A stretch of 64,000 nucleotides of DNA from Macrostomum lignano. Its lineage: Eukaryota. The DNA is taken from the NCBI GenBank assembly GCA_002269645.1, contig NIVC01003232.1, forward strand, positions 18,545-82,544, given 5' to 3'. Below, one piece after another: positions 10,897 through 31,396 of this stretch (its first letter is position 1; each line of letters begins with the position of its first letter). The translations under genes were made by a program, and so were the position numbers. The notes under the pieces are model-generated. The model made no database searches. It saw only the letters and a program-made list of their open reading frames with translations, and had not been told where the DNA came from.

Positions 10897-13800
10897 ATGT
10901 TTCAGCTTCCCACACCCAGTAATTTCTGTCTGCTTGGTCAGCAGCAAAGAGAACCTTCAAAGCTCCTGGTTACTGAAGCGTAGTAAAGCGATAAAAAAAG
11001 CAATCAAACAAACAAATTTTCACCCGGCGCACCCAGGCAAAATCTGGAGTCGAAGTTGAGCCCAGGCCGGTCCCCGCACGCTTTGGTGGCTGGCAGAGGC
11101 CCGCAGCAGCCGCCGTCTGTTTCAATCCGGCCTCGCCGTAATGACGAATCGCCAGCCGGCATCCAGCAGTCCGTAGACGATCGACGCAAACGGCTGAGCG
11201 ACCAGCGCGACAAATTCTACACGGACTACGAGCAGACTCGCTCGGCCAACCCGGCCGCTGGGAAGGCGGACTTTAATAATTCGGCGTTGTCAGCCAAAGC
11301 GAAACAGCCGCCTCCAAATCGACGAACTCGCCGATCGCCGTTGGCTGATTCATCTTCGTCATCTTCGTCGGAGGACGACTCGGACGATTCGGACGACTCA
11401 GGCGAGTGCTACCTGGAGCAGCCTGAAGCTGAGCAGCAGCCGGAGGAGCCCGTCAACGAGAGTCAGCGATCTTCGACCATATCTACTGACGACGATTCTG
11501 AGTCGGACGAGGACGAGGAGGTCGGCAGGGACCTGTACACCCAGGACTTGGACGCTGAGATTGAAACGCTGCAGATCGCTTCCATAGAAGACTTGGTAAA
11601 GTACTCTCAGGATCACGTGACCAGAGGCCAGGCGGCCCAGCGACTTCACGAAACCAAGACAAAGCAATTGGCCCAGGCCAGAGCCAAGCAACAGAAGAAA
11701 AAGAAGCAGCAGCCGCTGCCAAATCCGCCCCAGCTGAGGAGGCCGCCGCCCCAGCAGCAGAATCCAGCCGGGCTGCCAACCATAACCGAGCGCAACTCCG
11801 AGTACTACTCAGAGTCTGAGTCTTCGCTAAGTCGCAGCTCCAGCGTTGGCTCATCTTTCGGCAAATCCGACTCTCGCGTAACCGCCGCAGCCGCCGCAGT
11901 AGCCGCCGGTAAGCAGCGCAAGGTAGACAGCATTGTCGAGGAGGAGGCCACTGAGCCGGAGAAGACAGCGGACACAGTTGACAGCTCCGCATCCCCATCG
12001 GCCGCTCCGCCTGATCCCAACGATCCGGACAATCTTCGTCAACTTCTCACCCGCCAGTTAGCCGCGTCAAAAGCCGCCGCCTCCAAATACTCGCCGCTGC
12101 CGCTCGGCCCAAAGCCGTTCAGTGCGGCTGGTGCAGCTCAGCAAATCGCTCGGCCGCGTCCACCGCCTCCGCCGCCGCCTTCTAAGGCGCCCCATCCGAT
12201 TGCTTACAAGAAGCCCGAACAGGAACAGCAGAAGCAGCTCGCCACCGAGGCTGTTCCGCCCTCACCAATAGAGGAGACGCCAGTTGTCACAAACGCTCAA
12301 ATGCAGAGGCAAACTCCGCCGCAGACATCGCAGGCGGCAGGCGCCAACGCCGCGGCAGATGGTAGCGCCATTGAATCGAAGCGGAACCCGGGTGTGCGCG
12401 CCCTCATCGCCAGCATGGAAGACCGCGGCCGTCCAGAGAAACCGCCGCCGCCGCCGCCGAAGCCGGCTAAGAAACCCGCAACGCCGCCGCAGTTTGTTCA
12501 ACCTCAGCCGCAGCCCCAGGCATCGGAGCAATCATCGGAGGACGAGGGTCCGGGCAGCTACGTCCGGGTGCCGACGCTGAGCGCTCTGCCCGGTGCCAAG
12601 TTGCAGTCGCAACCGGAGCCGAAATCGAGAGAACTTTCAACTCAAATGAACCAACGCCTGGGCCTGAACCCGCCGCTTGGTGCCAGCAGGGCCGCCTCGC
12701 AGCCGCAGCCGTTCCGACAACCGGCAGCCGAGGCATCTTCGGCAGCGGCTCCGTCGGCTAAATCGGACGAGAATCTGGCCGAAGCGGCCCGACTGGTTAG
12801 CGCTGGCAAGAAGCAGCACGCTGACGACGTTGTTCGCGAACTGATCTCCATGGACAACACGATCGACCACGTGGACGAGGACTTGGGTCACATCGACAAA
12901 ACCCTTGGCCGCATGGCCAATTCCAATCGGTTGCTGCTGTCCAACCCGGATCTGAGCAGAGAGGCAGAGCTGGACGTCGACGTTGCCGTTGGCGACATGC
13001 AGGTGCAGACGGAGGACCCGCCGACGCCGACGCCTGTTAAATCCAGAGCGGCTGCCGTTGCAGTCAAAGAGACTTCCATTGACTCGGAAGAAGAAGAGGA
13101 ATCTGAAGAAGAGAGCAGCAGCTCGTCAAGCTTTGAGTCCTCATCTGACGACGATGACGACGATGAAGGTAGAGAAGAAGAAGAAGCTTTACAGGAACCT
13201 GCTGCTCCATCGAAACCGGCTCCACCTGCAGTTTCAGTTGCCGCCACCCCGCCAACTTCATCGTCATCCGCTACGACTGCTACTCAAAAGCCTCAACCGG
13301 CGGAGAAGGCAGCAGCCTCCGCAGCCGCTCCATCGCGACCCAGCCTAGCCGACAAGTTCAGTCGGATCAGTCAGGATAGCCTGACCCCCGATAACAGCTC
13401 CGCTGAGCAGCCGCCGTTGCCAACGCCGTCAAAGATGTCGTTGAAGGAGAAGATCAAGTCCTTTGAGGCAACGGGCAGGCAGCACCAGTACGCCACGCCA
13501 GAACCGCCCGCCCCCGAGCCGGCTGCACCTCCGCCTATGCCGAAGCCGCGCGGTCCGACTGTCGCGCCAGACGCTGCCACCAGCGTTTCGGCGCCGCCAG
13601 AGGCCACTCCCAGAGTAGCAGCCAGGAGTTCGCAGCAGCGGCCGCCAAATCAGCAGGCTCCGAGCCCGAAGCAGCAGCGGGATGAGCCAATCTACGCGAA
13701 CGTGCCGCAACGGCAGTCGCCGCCGCAGCCGACGCCTCCGCCCCAGTCGCAACCGCAGCCGCCACCTCGCAGACACGATCGAAGCGGAGCTGCTGTCGAG

Positions 13801-16800
13801 GATGACGAAGATACCGACGGTAGCACGGCTACAGAAACGGACAGCGATACGGAGACTGAGGAAGAGGAATCGACGGCAGTGGCAGTCGCTCCGGCGCCAT
13901 CTCCCGCGCCACGCGACATGCGCCCGCCGCCGCCGCCTCCGCCGAAGCCGCGCAGTCGCGATCTAGACGACGAGGCCGACAGCGACGAATTTGGTCAGGC
14001 CGGCCGGGCCCAGCCGTTCGGCGGGGGAAAGTACAGCAAAAAGGTGGCCACGCTGGATGCGTACGCGGCCTCCGCTTCTTCGCTAGCCTCGTCCACAGCG
14101 GCAGGCGGCGGTAGCGGCGCGGCCATGCAGGTGATCCGGCGCGCACGAGAGCAGGAACGCGACGCCGAGTTCAGCCGGGCTAAACGAGCTTCTCGATCCC
14201 TCGGGCCGAAGGAGCGGCGTCGGCAGAAGACCAAATCGGCGGAGTTGGCCGACGAGCGCTACAAAGGCGTCGATCTGGAGCAGCCGAAGTCAACCCAGAT
14301 GGAACTGCAGCAGCAGCAACAGCAGAAGATGTTTCAACAGCAACAACAGTTGCTGCAGCCTCGCCAACCAAGAAAGAAGTTTGCCAGCTCCGGCAACCTG
14401 CTGGAAGGAGGCGGCGAGACTGAGGACGACGAGTTCGGCTCGGGCGACACCCAGGAAGACTTCCTAGTGAGCGCTGGGGAGACCGCGGCCTACGCCCCGG
14501 TGGTGTACCCGCCAAACTCGGCGGCCAGTCAGCATCAGCGGACCCGCAGTCTGGACCTTCTTGGCCCGGACCTGCCCGGCGGTTCCGTCTCCGCAGGCGG
14601 GCCCAGCAGCGTCGTGTCCAGCATGATGACGATGAATGTTGGCGGCAAAGACCCGGCCGAGCTGGCCTTGATGCTGGAACGGTACCTGGCTCAGAAGCGA
14701 GACGAGAAGATCAATAATATGATGCTGGCGCTGCGCAGCCAGGACCCGGCCAAGTACGCGGCTCTGACGTCTCAATACAAGGACGAGCTGGGCATGCTCG
14801 ATGCGGCACCCGGCAGGATGCGGGCCGCCTCGCACGAGGACCTGCTAGGTGCCGGGGTCGATGCTGGTCAAATCCCGCGCATGTACGCCAGCCAGCTCCG
14901 GGCCGTAGGTTCGACATCGACTCTGCTGAATAACCTGGACCCGGGCGTCACCAATGTGTATCTCGGCCCGGAGGGTACTTTGCGCGACGGTACAGCCGGA
15001 TATGCGACTCTGCAGCGTCCGCTTGAGCCGGTCCGCTCCGTGTTCTGGAATCCCGGCGTGCCGGAGACGCCGCCGCCGGCGATGCGGCCGCCGCCGAAGC
15101 CGATGCCGCCCGGCCTGTCCAAGACGGTGCCGCCGGACGGTTGGAAGTCGATCGACGATCACGTGATGGAACTGTTGGACGTGGATTGTAATACATTCGC
15201 CGAGCAGGTGAACAGCTTGTGCGGCCGCTACCAGTCTGATGTGGAGAAGTGCCGAGCAATATTCCGTTTCCTAACGGCCCGAGCCAACCAGCCGCTGTCC
15301 TACGATCCGCAAGCGCCGGTGACCACTCTGATTGGCTGCCTGCGCGCCGTTCAGATGGGCGAAGTTTCGCCGCACGAACTCTTCAAACGGATGTGCGCTT
15401 ATGCCGGCATTCACTGCGAGATCTTGCACGGCTACTCTAAAGGCGCCGGTTATAGGCCCGGGATGAATGTCAAGGACAACAGGATGTTTCGCAATACTTG
15501 GACTGCCGTCTATGTTGAGGGTGAGATTTTACATTGGGAGTTACTGCGTCAAGTTGATGACCAGATGACTATAGTAAATGACCAAAGAAGAAAATCAGAG
15601 CAGTGCCCAACAAGGGATCAGAGTAGATAGCAGTGCCCAACAAGGGATCAGAGTAGATAGCAGTGCCCAACAAGGGATCAGAGTAGATAGCAGTGCCCAA
15701 CAAGGGATCAGAGTAGATAGCAGTGCCCAACAAGGGATCAGAGTAGATAGCAGTGCTTAACAAGGGATCAGAGTAGATAGCACTCTCTGAACGACTCACA
15801 AATAGGCCTGAAGCTTCGTGGGCTGAATAAAGCGATTGTATGACCGAGGGAAATTTTTTTGCATTTTCTACTCAAGGCTGCTGGCGCTTTGTCAACGTCG
15901 CCTGGGGCGGGCGTCGGCTTCGTCAACAGGGCGGCGAGACAACTCTTCGACTGGGCTGCGACAATTTCTACTTCTTGACAGAGCCTGACGAGCACATCTT
16001 TGAGCACTATCCGGACGAGAAGCGTTGGCAATTATTGCGCTCGCCGATTGCGCTGAGCCACTTCATGAAATTGCCGCTGCTCAAATCGCCTTTCTTTAAC
16101 GCCGGGATGCGTTTAAAGAAAGGCAAATACGACGACACTTTGGTGACGCAGAACGGCCGAGTCAGCTTGAAAATCGGCCTCACTAAATTTGTTGGCGTCA
16201 GCTGCCAGCTGCAGAACCGGTCGGACATGTCCGCTATGCGGGGCAAGACGCTGGTGCGCCTCATCGGGGAAGTCCTGCACGTGCTGGCCTCGCCTGCTCA
16301 GCCGGGCACTTACTTTCTCAACGTGTTCGTCACGCCGGACTGGACGTCGAATGAGCACGAATTAGCGGCTAGCTTTCAGGTGAGATTGTTTTGCGCCCCG
16401 ACTCTGAGCGTGTGTATGAGAGCAGCCGTAAGCTTTCTACGATCGCGTCCTTCTACTTTAGTTAGCTAGTCCATGGATCGTGCTATAGCGTTCTAACAAC
16501 ATGAATCTGTTGGGGGTTGTAGCCTAGTGGTTAGAGCGTCGGACTAAGGTCAGGGGTTCGATTCTCAACCCACTCGGAACAATTTGTGTCCTTGAGAAAG
16601 ACACTTAACTCTGTACATTGCTTCAGTCCATCCAGCTGTAAAATGGGTGCCAGCACTAGCTGGGGTATGTTTTTGGCGACCCCCCAGTCCTTGGACTGAA
16701 CAGCCGTACGCAGCCTTCATTAAAGGTGTGCCTTTATACACGCACACCTTTAACAACCAATTTTTGCCAGGTAAAATGCGCTGAAAACAACTTCGACCGT

Positions 16801-17589
16801 CTGGCTCTCGGCCGCTACCCGGAGGTCGGCTTCCTTGGCGCTACACCGGCCGCACAAAAGTACGGGGTGAGCTTTTTAACCTCGCACGGCGCCAAAACTC
16901 CGATGGATCCGTACTACGTGCACAATTCCAAAGAGGTGCTGCGCGTGCCGTTGGTGTTCTCGCCCGGGTTGAAAATCGCTCACCAGATGAAGTGCTACCA
17001 GCGGGCCGGCAAGAGCACCGAACAGTGCGACGACTATGCGCTGCTGCAGTGCCGCGGTAAGCAGCAGTCCGAGTACTGGATCGCCTGCCCTGCCGACGGC
17101 TACTACTTCTTCACGGTCTACGCCGCCGAGATAGCCGCAGCAGCAGGCGCCGATGGCGATGCTTCCACGGCCGAAAGTGTCGACGACGAAGCTGGCGGCG
17201 GCGAAGAGCTGGAATGCGTGTATCGACTGTTGATTGACTGCCGGCGCGGCATGGGCAAGGTGCCGCCCTATCCCAACCAGACCAGCCTGTTCAGTGGCTG
17301 CTTACTGCACGACCCGATGCAGAAACACCTGGACGTTGGCCGAAAGTACACCTTCAGATTGGAGGCCAAGCACTGCAGGGCGGTGGCTGTTGTGCTGAAC
17401 GGCCAGACCTGGATAGACCTGCAGCAGGGCCGTTCGGGTAACGGGATCTGGTCCAAGAAGCTGAACGTTGGCGAAGAGCTGGGCGAGCTGTCGGTCTATG
17501 GTCAGTTCGACACCGACGAAGATGGCAAGTTTAACAAACTGTTGGACTATGACATTGTGCAGCGCCTGTCCAATGTTAGTAAGTCCTGA
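10897..17589 (+). CDS. Hillarin/KY-family transglutaminase-like protein (~1962 aa). Exons 10897-10979 (tentative), 11037-15520, 15877-16379, 16771-17589
   Basis: Motifs RAIFRFLT, ELFKRMCAYAGIHCEILHGYSKGAGYRPG, FRNTWTAVYVEG|CWRFVNVAWG and EHYPDEKRWQLL, plus KY-like C-terminal domains. GT-AG junctions are phase-consistent (15520 phase 1, 16379 phase 0) and the total 5889 nt is divisible by 3. The first exon and start are less certain, and a GTAAGT at 17579 could extend the gene. Confidence 0.85.
15595..15783. repeat. Intronic minisatellite, 30-bp unit CAGTGCCCAACAAGGGATCAGAGTAGATAG x6
   Basis: Exact 30-bp periodicity in the intron 15521-15876. Confidence 0.95.
16512..16719 (+). mobile_element. 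CORE-like SINE, copy 2 (3'-truncated, intronic)
   Basis: A/B boxes and CORE-like block align with the other copies. Lies inside intron 16380-16770. Confidence 0.85.
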
Positions 17590-17640
17590 GCCTGGTGTAA
17601 ACCTCTGCTTTAACATTGGCATTAATCCCTGTGCTACTCT

Positions 17641-18490
17641 GTCAATGCCAGTTGCGTACATGTGCCGGTCTTGTTAAATAGAAGCATTCCAATGTCAATG
17701 CCAGTTGCGTACATGTGCCGGTCTTGTTAAATAGAAGCATTCCAATTTGAATGCCAGTTGCGTACATGTGCCGGTCTTGTTAAATAGAAGCATTCCAATG
17801 TGAATGCCAGTTGCGTACATGTGCCGGTCTTGTTAAATAGAAGCATTCCAATGTGAATGCCAGTTGCGCACATGTGCCGGTCTTGTTAAATAGAAGCATT
17901 CCAATGTGAATGCCAGTTGCGTACATGTGCCGGTCTTGTTAAATAGAAGCATTCCAATGTCAATGCCAGTTGCGTACATGTGCCGGTCTTGTTAAATAGA
18001 AGCATTCCAATGTCAATGCCAGTTGCGTACATGTGCCGGTCTTGTTAAATAGAAGCATTCCAATGTGAATGCCAGTTGCGTACATGTGCCGGTCTTGTTA
18101 AATAGAAGCATTCCAATGTGAATGCCAGTTGCGCACATGTGCCGGTCTTGTTAAATAGAAGCATTCTAATGTGAATGCCAGTTGCGTACATGTGCCGGTC
18201 TTGTTAAATAGAAGCATTCCAATGTGAATGCCAGTTGCGTACATGTGCCGGTCTTGTTAAATAGAAGCATTCCAATGTGAATGCCAGTTGCGCACATGTG
18301 CCGGTCTTGTTAAATAGAAGCATTCCAATGTGAATGCCAGTTGCGCACATGTGCCGGTCTTGTTAAATAGAAGCATTCCAATGTCAATGCCAGTTGCGTA
18401 CATGTGCCGGTCTTGTTAAATAGAAGCATTCCAATGTCAATGCCAGTTGCGTACATGTGCCGGTCTTGTTAAATAGAAGCATTCCAATGT
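17641..18490. repeat. Minisatellite, 53-bp unit, ~16 copies, starting ~50 bp after the hillarin-like stop
   Basis: Unit ATGCCAGTTGCGTACATGTGCCGGTCTTGTTAAATAGAAGCATTCCAATGT(C/G)A, with 53-bp spacing verified. Confidence 0.97.
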
Positions 18491-19981
18491 GTTCTGTCAT
18501 TGATTATATGGCATTATCTTGTGATTCTTATTTGTGTTTTTTATGGAAGAGTAGTCGTAGGCTGCAAATGTAAAGTTCATGTAGTTAACCTAGTTTATGC
18601 AACTGTTTTGCACTTTAATACTCGAATGCACTTTGATACATTCCAACTTGTTTTGTTTTGTCAATATTTTATACATTAAATAACATTCCAAAGTTTCTAA
18701 GGTTTGTTGCTGTGCCTTTTACTCATTTTTGTGATACTAATTAGGAAAATTTTTGAGCCAAAATTTTTTATTCCTACAAAAGTTTTGTTTAAATGATTGC
18801 GTCTACGAGATTGGACTAAAGCTATTAGAGCTATTTTAGCTATCTCCCATGGCACACACACACACACAACGCACGGTGCACACACAAGCAAACTCTAATT
18901 TGGAAGCTCTTACAAGGCGGGAGTGGCCTGGCCCTATAATTCGCGTATCTCTCTTACCTTCAGCACACTTGGCCTCTATGACTCAGCTATAGTTAAGTAT
19001 TTTATCTACCTATCTGTGTCTCTTGTAGGTGAAGCATTGACAGGCAATGGTTCGGCTTGCTTTTGCCGTATATGTAGGTACAAGATTGTGCATGCTTGAT
19101 TGTCCTCTTGGCCCTCCTCTTGGCAATGCGTTTCTTTACCAAATACTCGTACGAGCTATGTCTACGGCTCGTCCCGAGTTTGTGTGTACAATCTGTTCTC
19201 AAAAACAATGCTGTTCTGCAATTACAATTATTAAACATAACATAATCAGTATAAATATGGCTCAGCCCAAACATTCCTATTTTCAATATGATTATTGTTT
19301 TAGCTACGCCACCAACCCTGTGTATTTGTGGCAGTGTTGTACATATGACTGCCTATTGCTGTGAGTAAGAATTATATGATATTGCTTAGTTGTTTTTATA
19401 AACCTACCAGATCTGTCGGGTTGATTTTGTACTTGGCTATAACTATATATATATACATAATACATTGACGCGTCTGTAATGGTAACTCATTTATTTGTGG
19501 TTCTTCTCTATTCCTAGTATTGTTAATACACATCGTTACATCTATTGAATTAAAAGTACAATTCAATTTCAAACGAGAAACTTGGTTGAAATTACCAGAT
19601 TAAAAAGCGATGATGGATTCACACTAAGTTTTTTTACGAGTCCACTTAACAATTAGCAAATTGAGTTTGAGAGAAGGACACTCCCAGACACCTCGTATTT
19701 TAAAATCATATTTTCAGACATTGGATTTACGCGAAACGGCAGTTATAATGAAGATGCAGACAAAGCTCTTCAGTACCTTTGAGCAGTTTTAGTAAATTTC
19801 ATTGCGCAAATCAGACTCTCTTAACGAGAGCTCCAGAAGTTTCTAAACATTAACGATTAACATTAATGAGTTCGAGTTAATCTGTGTACATGCGGTTTCA
19901 ACAATGTGCAGCACTGCAGAAGTTTCATGCACTGTGGGCCAGACACAAGTGACATCAACTCGCAGAAGTTAATCCATGACA

Positions 19982-27378
<7,397 letters not shown>

Positions 27379-28516
27379 CTAATAAAAGTCCGAAATGGTG
27401 TATCTAGTTTCTAAGAATTTCACTGGCTGGGCTCTTCAGCGGCTGGTTCGGCTCCTGCAACAGCGACTGCAAGTTGAACTGCTAATTATTCCCTTGTCCT
27501 TCACTGGGCACAGCGCTACCATTGGGAAGAGTAGGGCAGCCCAGCCATTCCCAATATCAGCCAGCCCCCCGTCCGCTTTGTACTCGGAAAGTAAAGAACT
27601 CCCATTAAGGCTTGAGGCGAATGGGTCGTAAGCCACGGAGCAAAAAAGAAAGAGCTAGGAAGAGACGCGCCCAGCCAGCGAACGCCCCCACTAAAAGCAG
27701 CTGTCCCAAGTTCTTAGCAAGCACAGATAGAAAGTATCATGCTCTTGAATTGTTTAAGCCGGGGGGGGGGAAACCACAAAAGCGTATCGACGTTGGGTCT
27801 ATGCGACTATACATTACATTACGTAGGCGTATCGACTTACTATTCGGCTTACCATGCGCTCTAGCATGTGTAGCAGTTCGATTTTTAATACTCCTTACTC
27901 CTGAGAGCAATACGATCAAGTAAGAGTTGCCATCCGCGCAGCTCGAGAGTAAAATTCAGTATTCATAACGCAAGGAGGCAGGCTGCAATTCGATATTTGA
28001 TGCAAGTGGGATAGCTACAGAATATAATTGCATAATAATATGACACAGCTCTACTTCCAGTAGCAAATGCAGAAAATCGTGGTTCCCTTAAGAAGCGGAC
28101 TTTTAGTCAAAGAGCTAGTCTGCTTGATGATAATACTCTGGTTTAGAGGGGCTTATCTTCGATTCAAACTCGCCCTGTGACATTGTTCCATGCTTGACTG
28201 GCTGACAATGTATTTAGTTGTTGTTGTTGTTGTCAGGAGCCATAGTGACACAACTTTCTACCATGTTGAAAGGGCATGTGAAAATTAGCTGTCGTGGGAG
28301 CATTGCAACATTTCACACCCAGATATGCCGGGTTTTCAAAAGCTTTCTGCAGTGATGAAGGGAAACCCGCGTGTTTAAGTAGTATGGGCACCTACTAAAA
28401 ATTTACATGTACGAGCGTACCATCAGTCGTTATAGATGGACATGTACCTGTCTGTTTACTGCTAGGCGAACAGCCTGCTTCGATATTATATTGCAATAAA
28501 AGCTTTAATAATTTTT

Positions 28517-28822
28517 GGGGCTGTAGCCCAGTGGTTAGAGCGTCGGACTCACGACTGAAACGTCGGGAGTTCCATTCTCGACCCACTCAGAACAATCTGT
28601 GTCCTTGATCACGACACTTAACTCTGCATTGCTTCAGTTCACCCAGCTGTAAAATGGGTGCCAGCATTAGCTGGGGTAATTGAGGCTGTGTGGCGACCCC
28701 CCCAGTTCTTGGACTGAACAGCCGTACGCAGCCTTCAGATGCACCGCGCAATAGCTGCGGCTGAGCTGTCGTTGCACATCTGCCCACTAGGGCAAGTGTA
28801 ATCAATTAATATTATTATTATA
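28517..28822 (+). mobile_element. CORE-like SINE, copy 5 (full length)
   Basis: GGGGCTGTAGCCCAGTGGTTAGAGCGTCGGAC head, CORE-like block and (ATT)n tail. Confidence 0.9.
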
Positions 28823-29300
28823 TACTCATTAAATTCACAAGCCTGCTATACATGTAACGACTCTTACAAAACAACTACGAATTAATATAAGAAGTACGCT
28901 TACATATATTGCTATTTTCCAATTATATGCCAACAAAACGTTTAAAAACTCAAAGTCCGAAAAACCACTATTCTGTTACTATAGCTGTAGCTACGCTAAA
29001 AATTAAGAACAAAAATCTTGAAAAAAAACAAAAAATAGAGGAGACACGATTCCTGCGTGCTGACCACGAGCTAGGCTTCTATATATAGAAGTGTTGCTTT
29101 AAAGAGGATCTTATTTTCAACGTCTTGCAAGATTTTTCGAAGATTTTCGTAACATTTGCCGCAACTTATTAATCTTTGATAATCTTAGAAATAATCTCGC
29201 AGTATCTCGCAGAGAGATCGCAGAACCTTGGAAGTATTATTAAGATCGTTCTCTATGAATAATTAAGGAAAGGGTACACTAAAAATCATATTTTATAATC

Positions 29301-30859
29301 TAAATAAACACCAAGAATCTATAGCTTCTTGGCAGACAGATCTTCGAAAAGCAACTTCTGCATTGGGATAATTAAAGCTGATATCTAAGTATCTATAATG
29401 AATAAAAGAAATGCAAATTCGATCAATAAAGCTGTAATAACTAATAAGTTCAATCATTTTCTACTAACTATACGTACCAGGCGTCCCAAGCAAATTCCCT
29501 AATTTTCGAAGTTCTGACTCTCTCAGTCCCAGAGCAAAAGCAGCTAAATAACTTGATGTCATTTCAAATTATAGCGTCACATTTCTTATTTCTAATAAAT
29601 CCCCAATCTCGTTTACTTTGGTCATTTTATTCTCAAAGGCTGCATGCTTGAAAAACCATTTCAATGCCGCTAATCGTCTGAAAGTGAAAGTGACTGTGAC
29701 GTTGCTAGTTTAAATGGTCCCGCAAAAGGGCCGTTGGACTATAGTTTCCCTTGCAATTTCTCATTTTAATTTCTCCAATAGTTTATTTTAACGTTTACTT
29801 ATAGTAGCGTGCAAATAATCTGTATCAACTGCTAATTCACTGTGTATTTGGTAGGCCTTGCGCTCATCTGTGAATTTTGGCACGATCGATAATTTCAAGT
29901 TCTCTCGCCAGCCAATGAAAACTCTCCGTGTTTTACGCTACCCCTTTTGCGCTCTTTATTAACCCCGCCTGGCGGCGGGCTGGGGGCCTCCTCACTTCGC
30001 GGCTCTTGTTTTCCTTCTCCTGCCTTCTATCTGCCTCCTTATCTCTCGCCACGGCTCCTCTGTCTGGGCCAGCCTGTCTGCCACGGCTAGCGCCAATCTC
30101 ACCACTACGCCTCTGCCACTGCTGTGCTCATCGCCGTTACTCACCACGTTGCATCGCCTTGCATCACTCGCCTACCACCCGACTACAATTTCTAATTCAC
30201 CTTCAATTCAAAACCATTGTTGCAGCCGCCAGTGTCCCAAAAGCACAATAAGTTCTGTATTAGCATTAACCAAATTTGAATATTGATCTCAACAATAAAA
30301 CAACTACGGCAGTTACCTGCCTTGTATGCCAAGTGCTCCGCTACACAATCCGCTTATCAAGACTTGACTCGATTCATTTTGGGACTACGACTTACGACAA
30401 CTCTCGTAAAACGGCCCTTCTAAGGGTCATAGCCTCTACGCCAATAACGTGACACTAAATAAGCACCAAGAATCTATAGCTTCTTGGCTGACAAATCTTC
30501 GAAAAGCAACTTCTGTATTGGGATAATTAAAGCTGATATCTAAGTATCTATAATGAATAAAAGAAATGCAAATTCGATCAATAAAGCTGTAATAACTAAT
30601 AAGTTCAATCATTTTCTACTATAAACTATACTCGTACGTACCAGGGGTCCCAAGCAAATTCCCTAATTTTCGAAGTTCCAGACTCTCTCAGTCCCAGAGC
30701 AAAAGCAGCTAAATAACTTGATGTCATTTCAAATTATAGCGTCACATTTCTTATTTCTAATAAATCCCCAATCTCGTTTACTTTGGTCATTCTATTCTCA
30801 AAGACTGCATGCTTGAAAAGCCATTTCAATGCCGCTAATCGTCTGAAAGTGAAAGTGAC
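29301..30859. repeat. Pair of ~400-bp direct repeats (29301-29694 and 30456-30859) flanking ~760 bp
   Basis: High-identity alignment from TAAATAA(A/G)CACCAAGAATC to CTGAAAGTGAAAGTGAC. Confidence 0.9.
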
Positions 30860-31173
30860 AATACCAGTATGAAATGCGATTGTTTTGAAACCTACGCTTT
30901 GAGGCAATTCAAAACTTTCTTAGCTTAATGACTGGGTAGAAAATGTGTAACAGAATGATAAATTAGATTCAGAAAGCAACGAGTCGATTTGTGCCATTTT
31001 TATGATTTTTAGGCACATGACATGTTTAACGTAGGATATAAAACTGACATAATCCTAATTTTCTAAACTAAAAGCTCTATGAATATCAATAGAGCTATAG
31101 GAAAGGCAAAACATATTAAAAAATGAACATTGTGTCTCCAATCCGTTCTATCGAAAGCAATAACATTTTCTAC

Positions 31174-31396
31174 CTCGGCCCAAGCCCGAGAATCTCTGTC
31201 AGCTCTTCCGCTACCGAAGGGCTACCGGGCGAGCGACCATCCACCTTCTGGACTCTCCGGAGGGGACCGCGCTGCGGACACCGGCACCACCGGGTCTCCC
31301 TGCGTGACACCGCAGCACCAGCTGCCCGTGGTTGCCAGGGGTTAGCGGAATGTCGACGCCTCCCCTCTGTATCCGGATGCCCATAGCCCCCTGCAG
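31174..31396 (-). CDS. Candidate GC-rich exon, possibly an upstream exon of the coiled-coil gene
   Basis: GC-rich island with only one fully open minus-strand frame, TAG/CAG acceptors at 31397/31391 and a donor AG|GTAGAA at 31173. I could not join it in phase to 27378. Confidence 0.3.

Noticed and set aside
11004-15259. Many overlapping antisense and alternate-frame ORFs
   Set aside because: These are shadows of a GC3-rich long exon, with no independent starts or motifs.
15521-15630. C-terminal end of ORF 11056..15630 (EILHWELL…DQSR)
   Set aside because: Intron read-through. The donor G|GTGAGA at 15521 splices in phase to 15877 and restores the conserved G-x-W-R-F-V motif.
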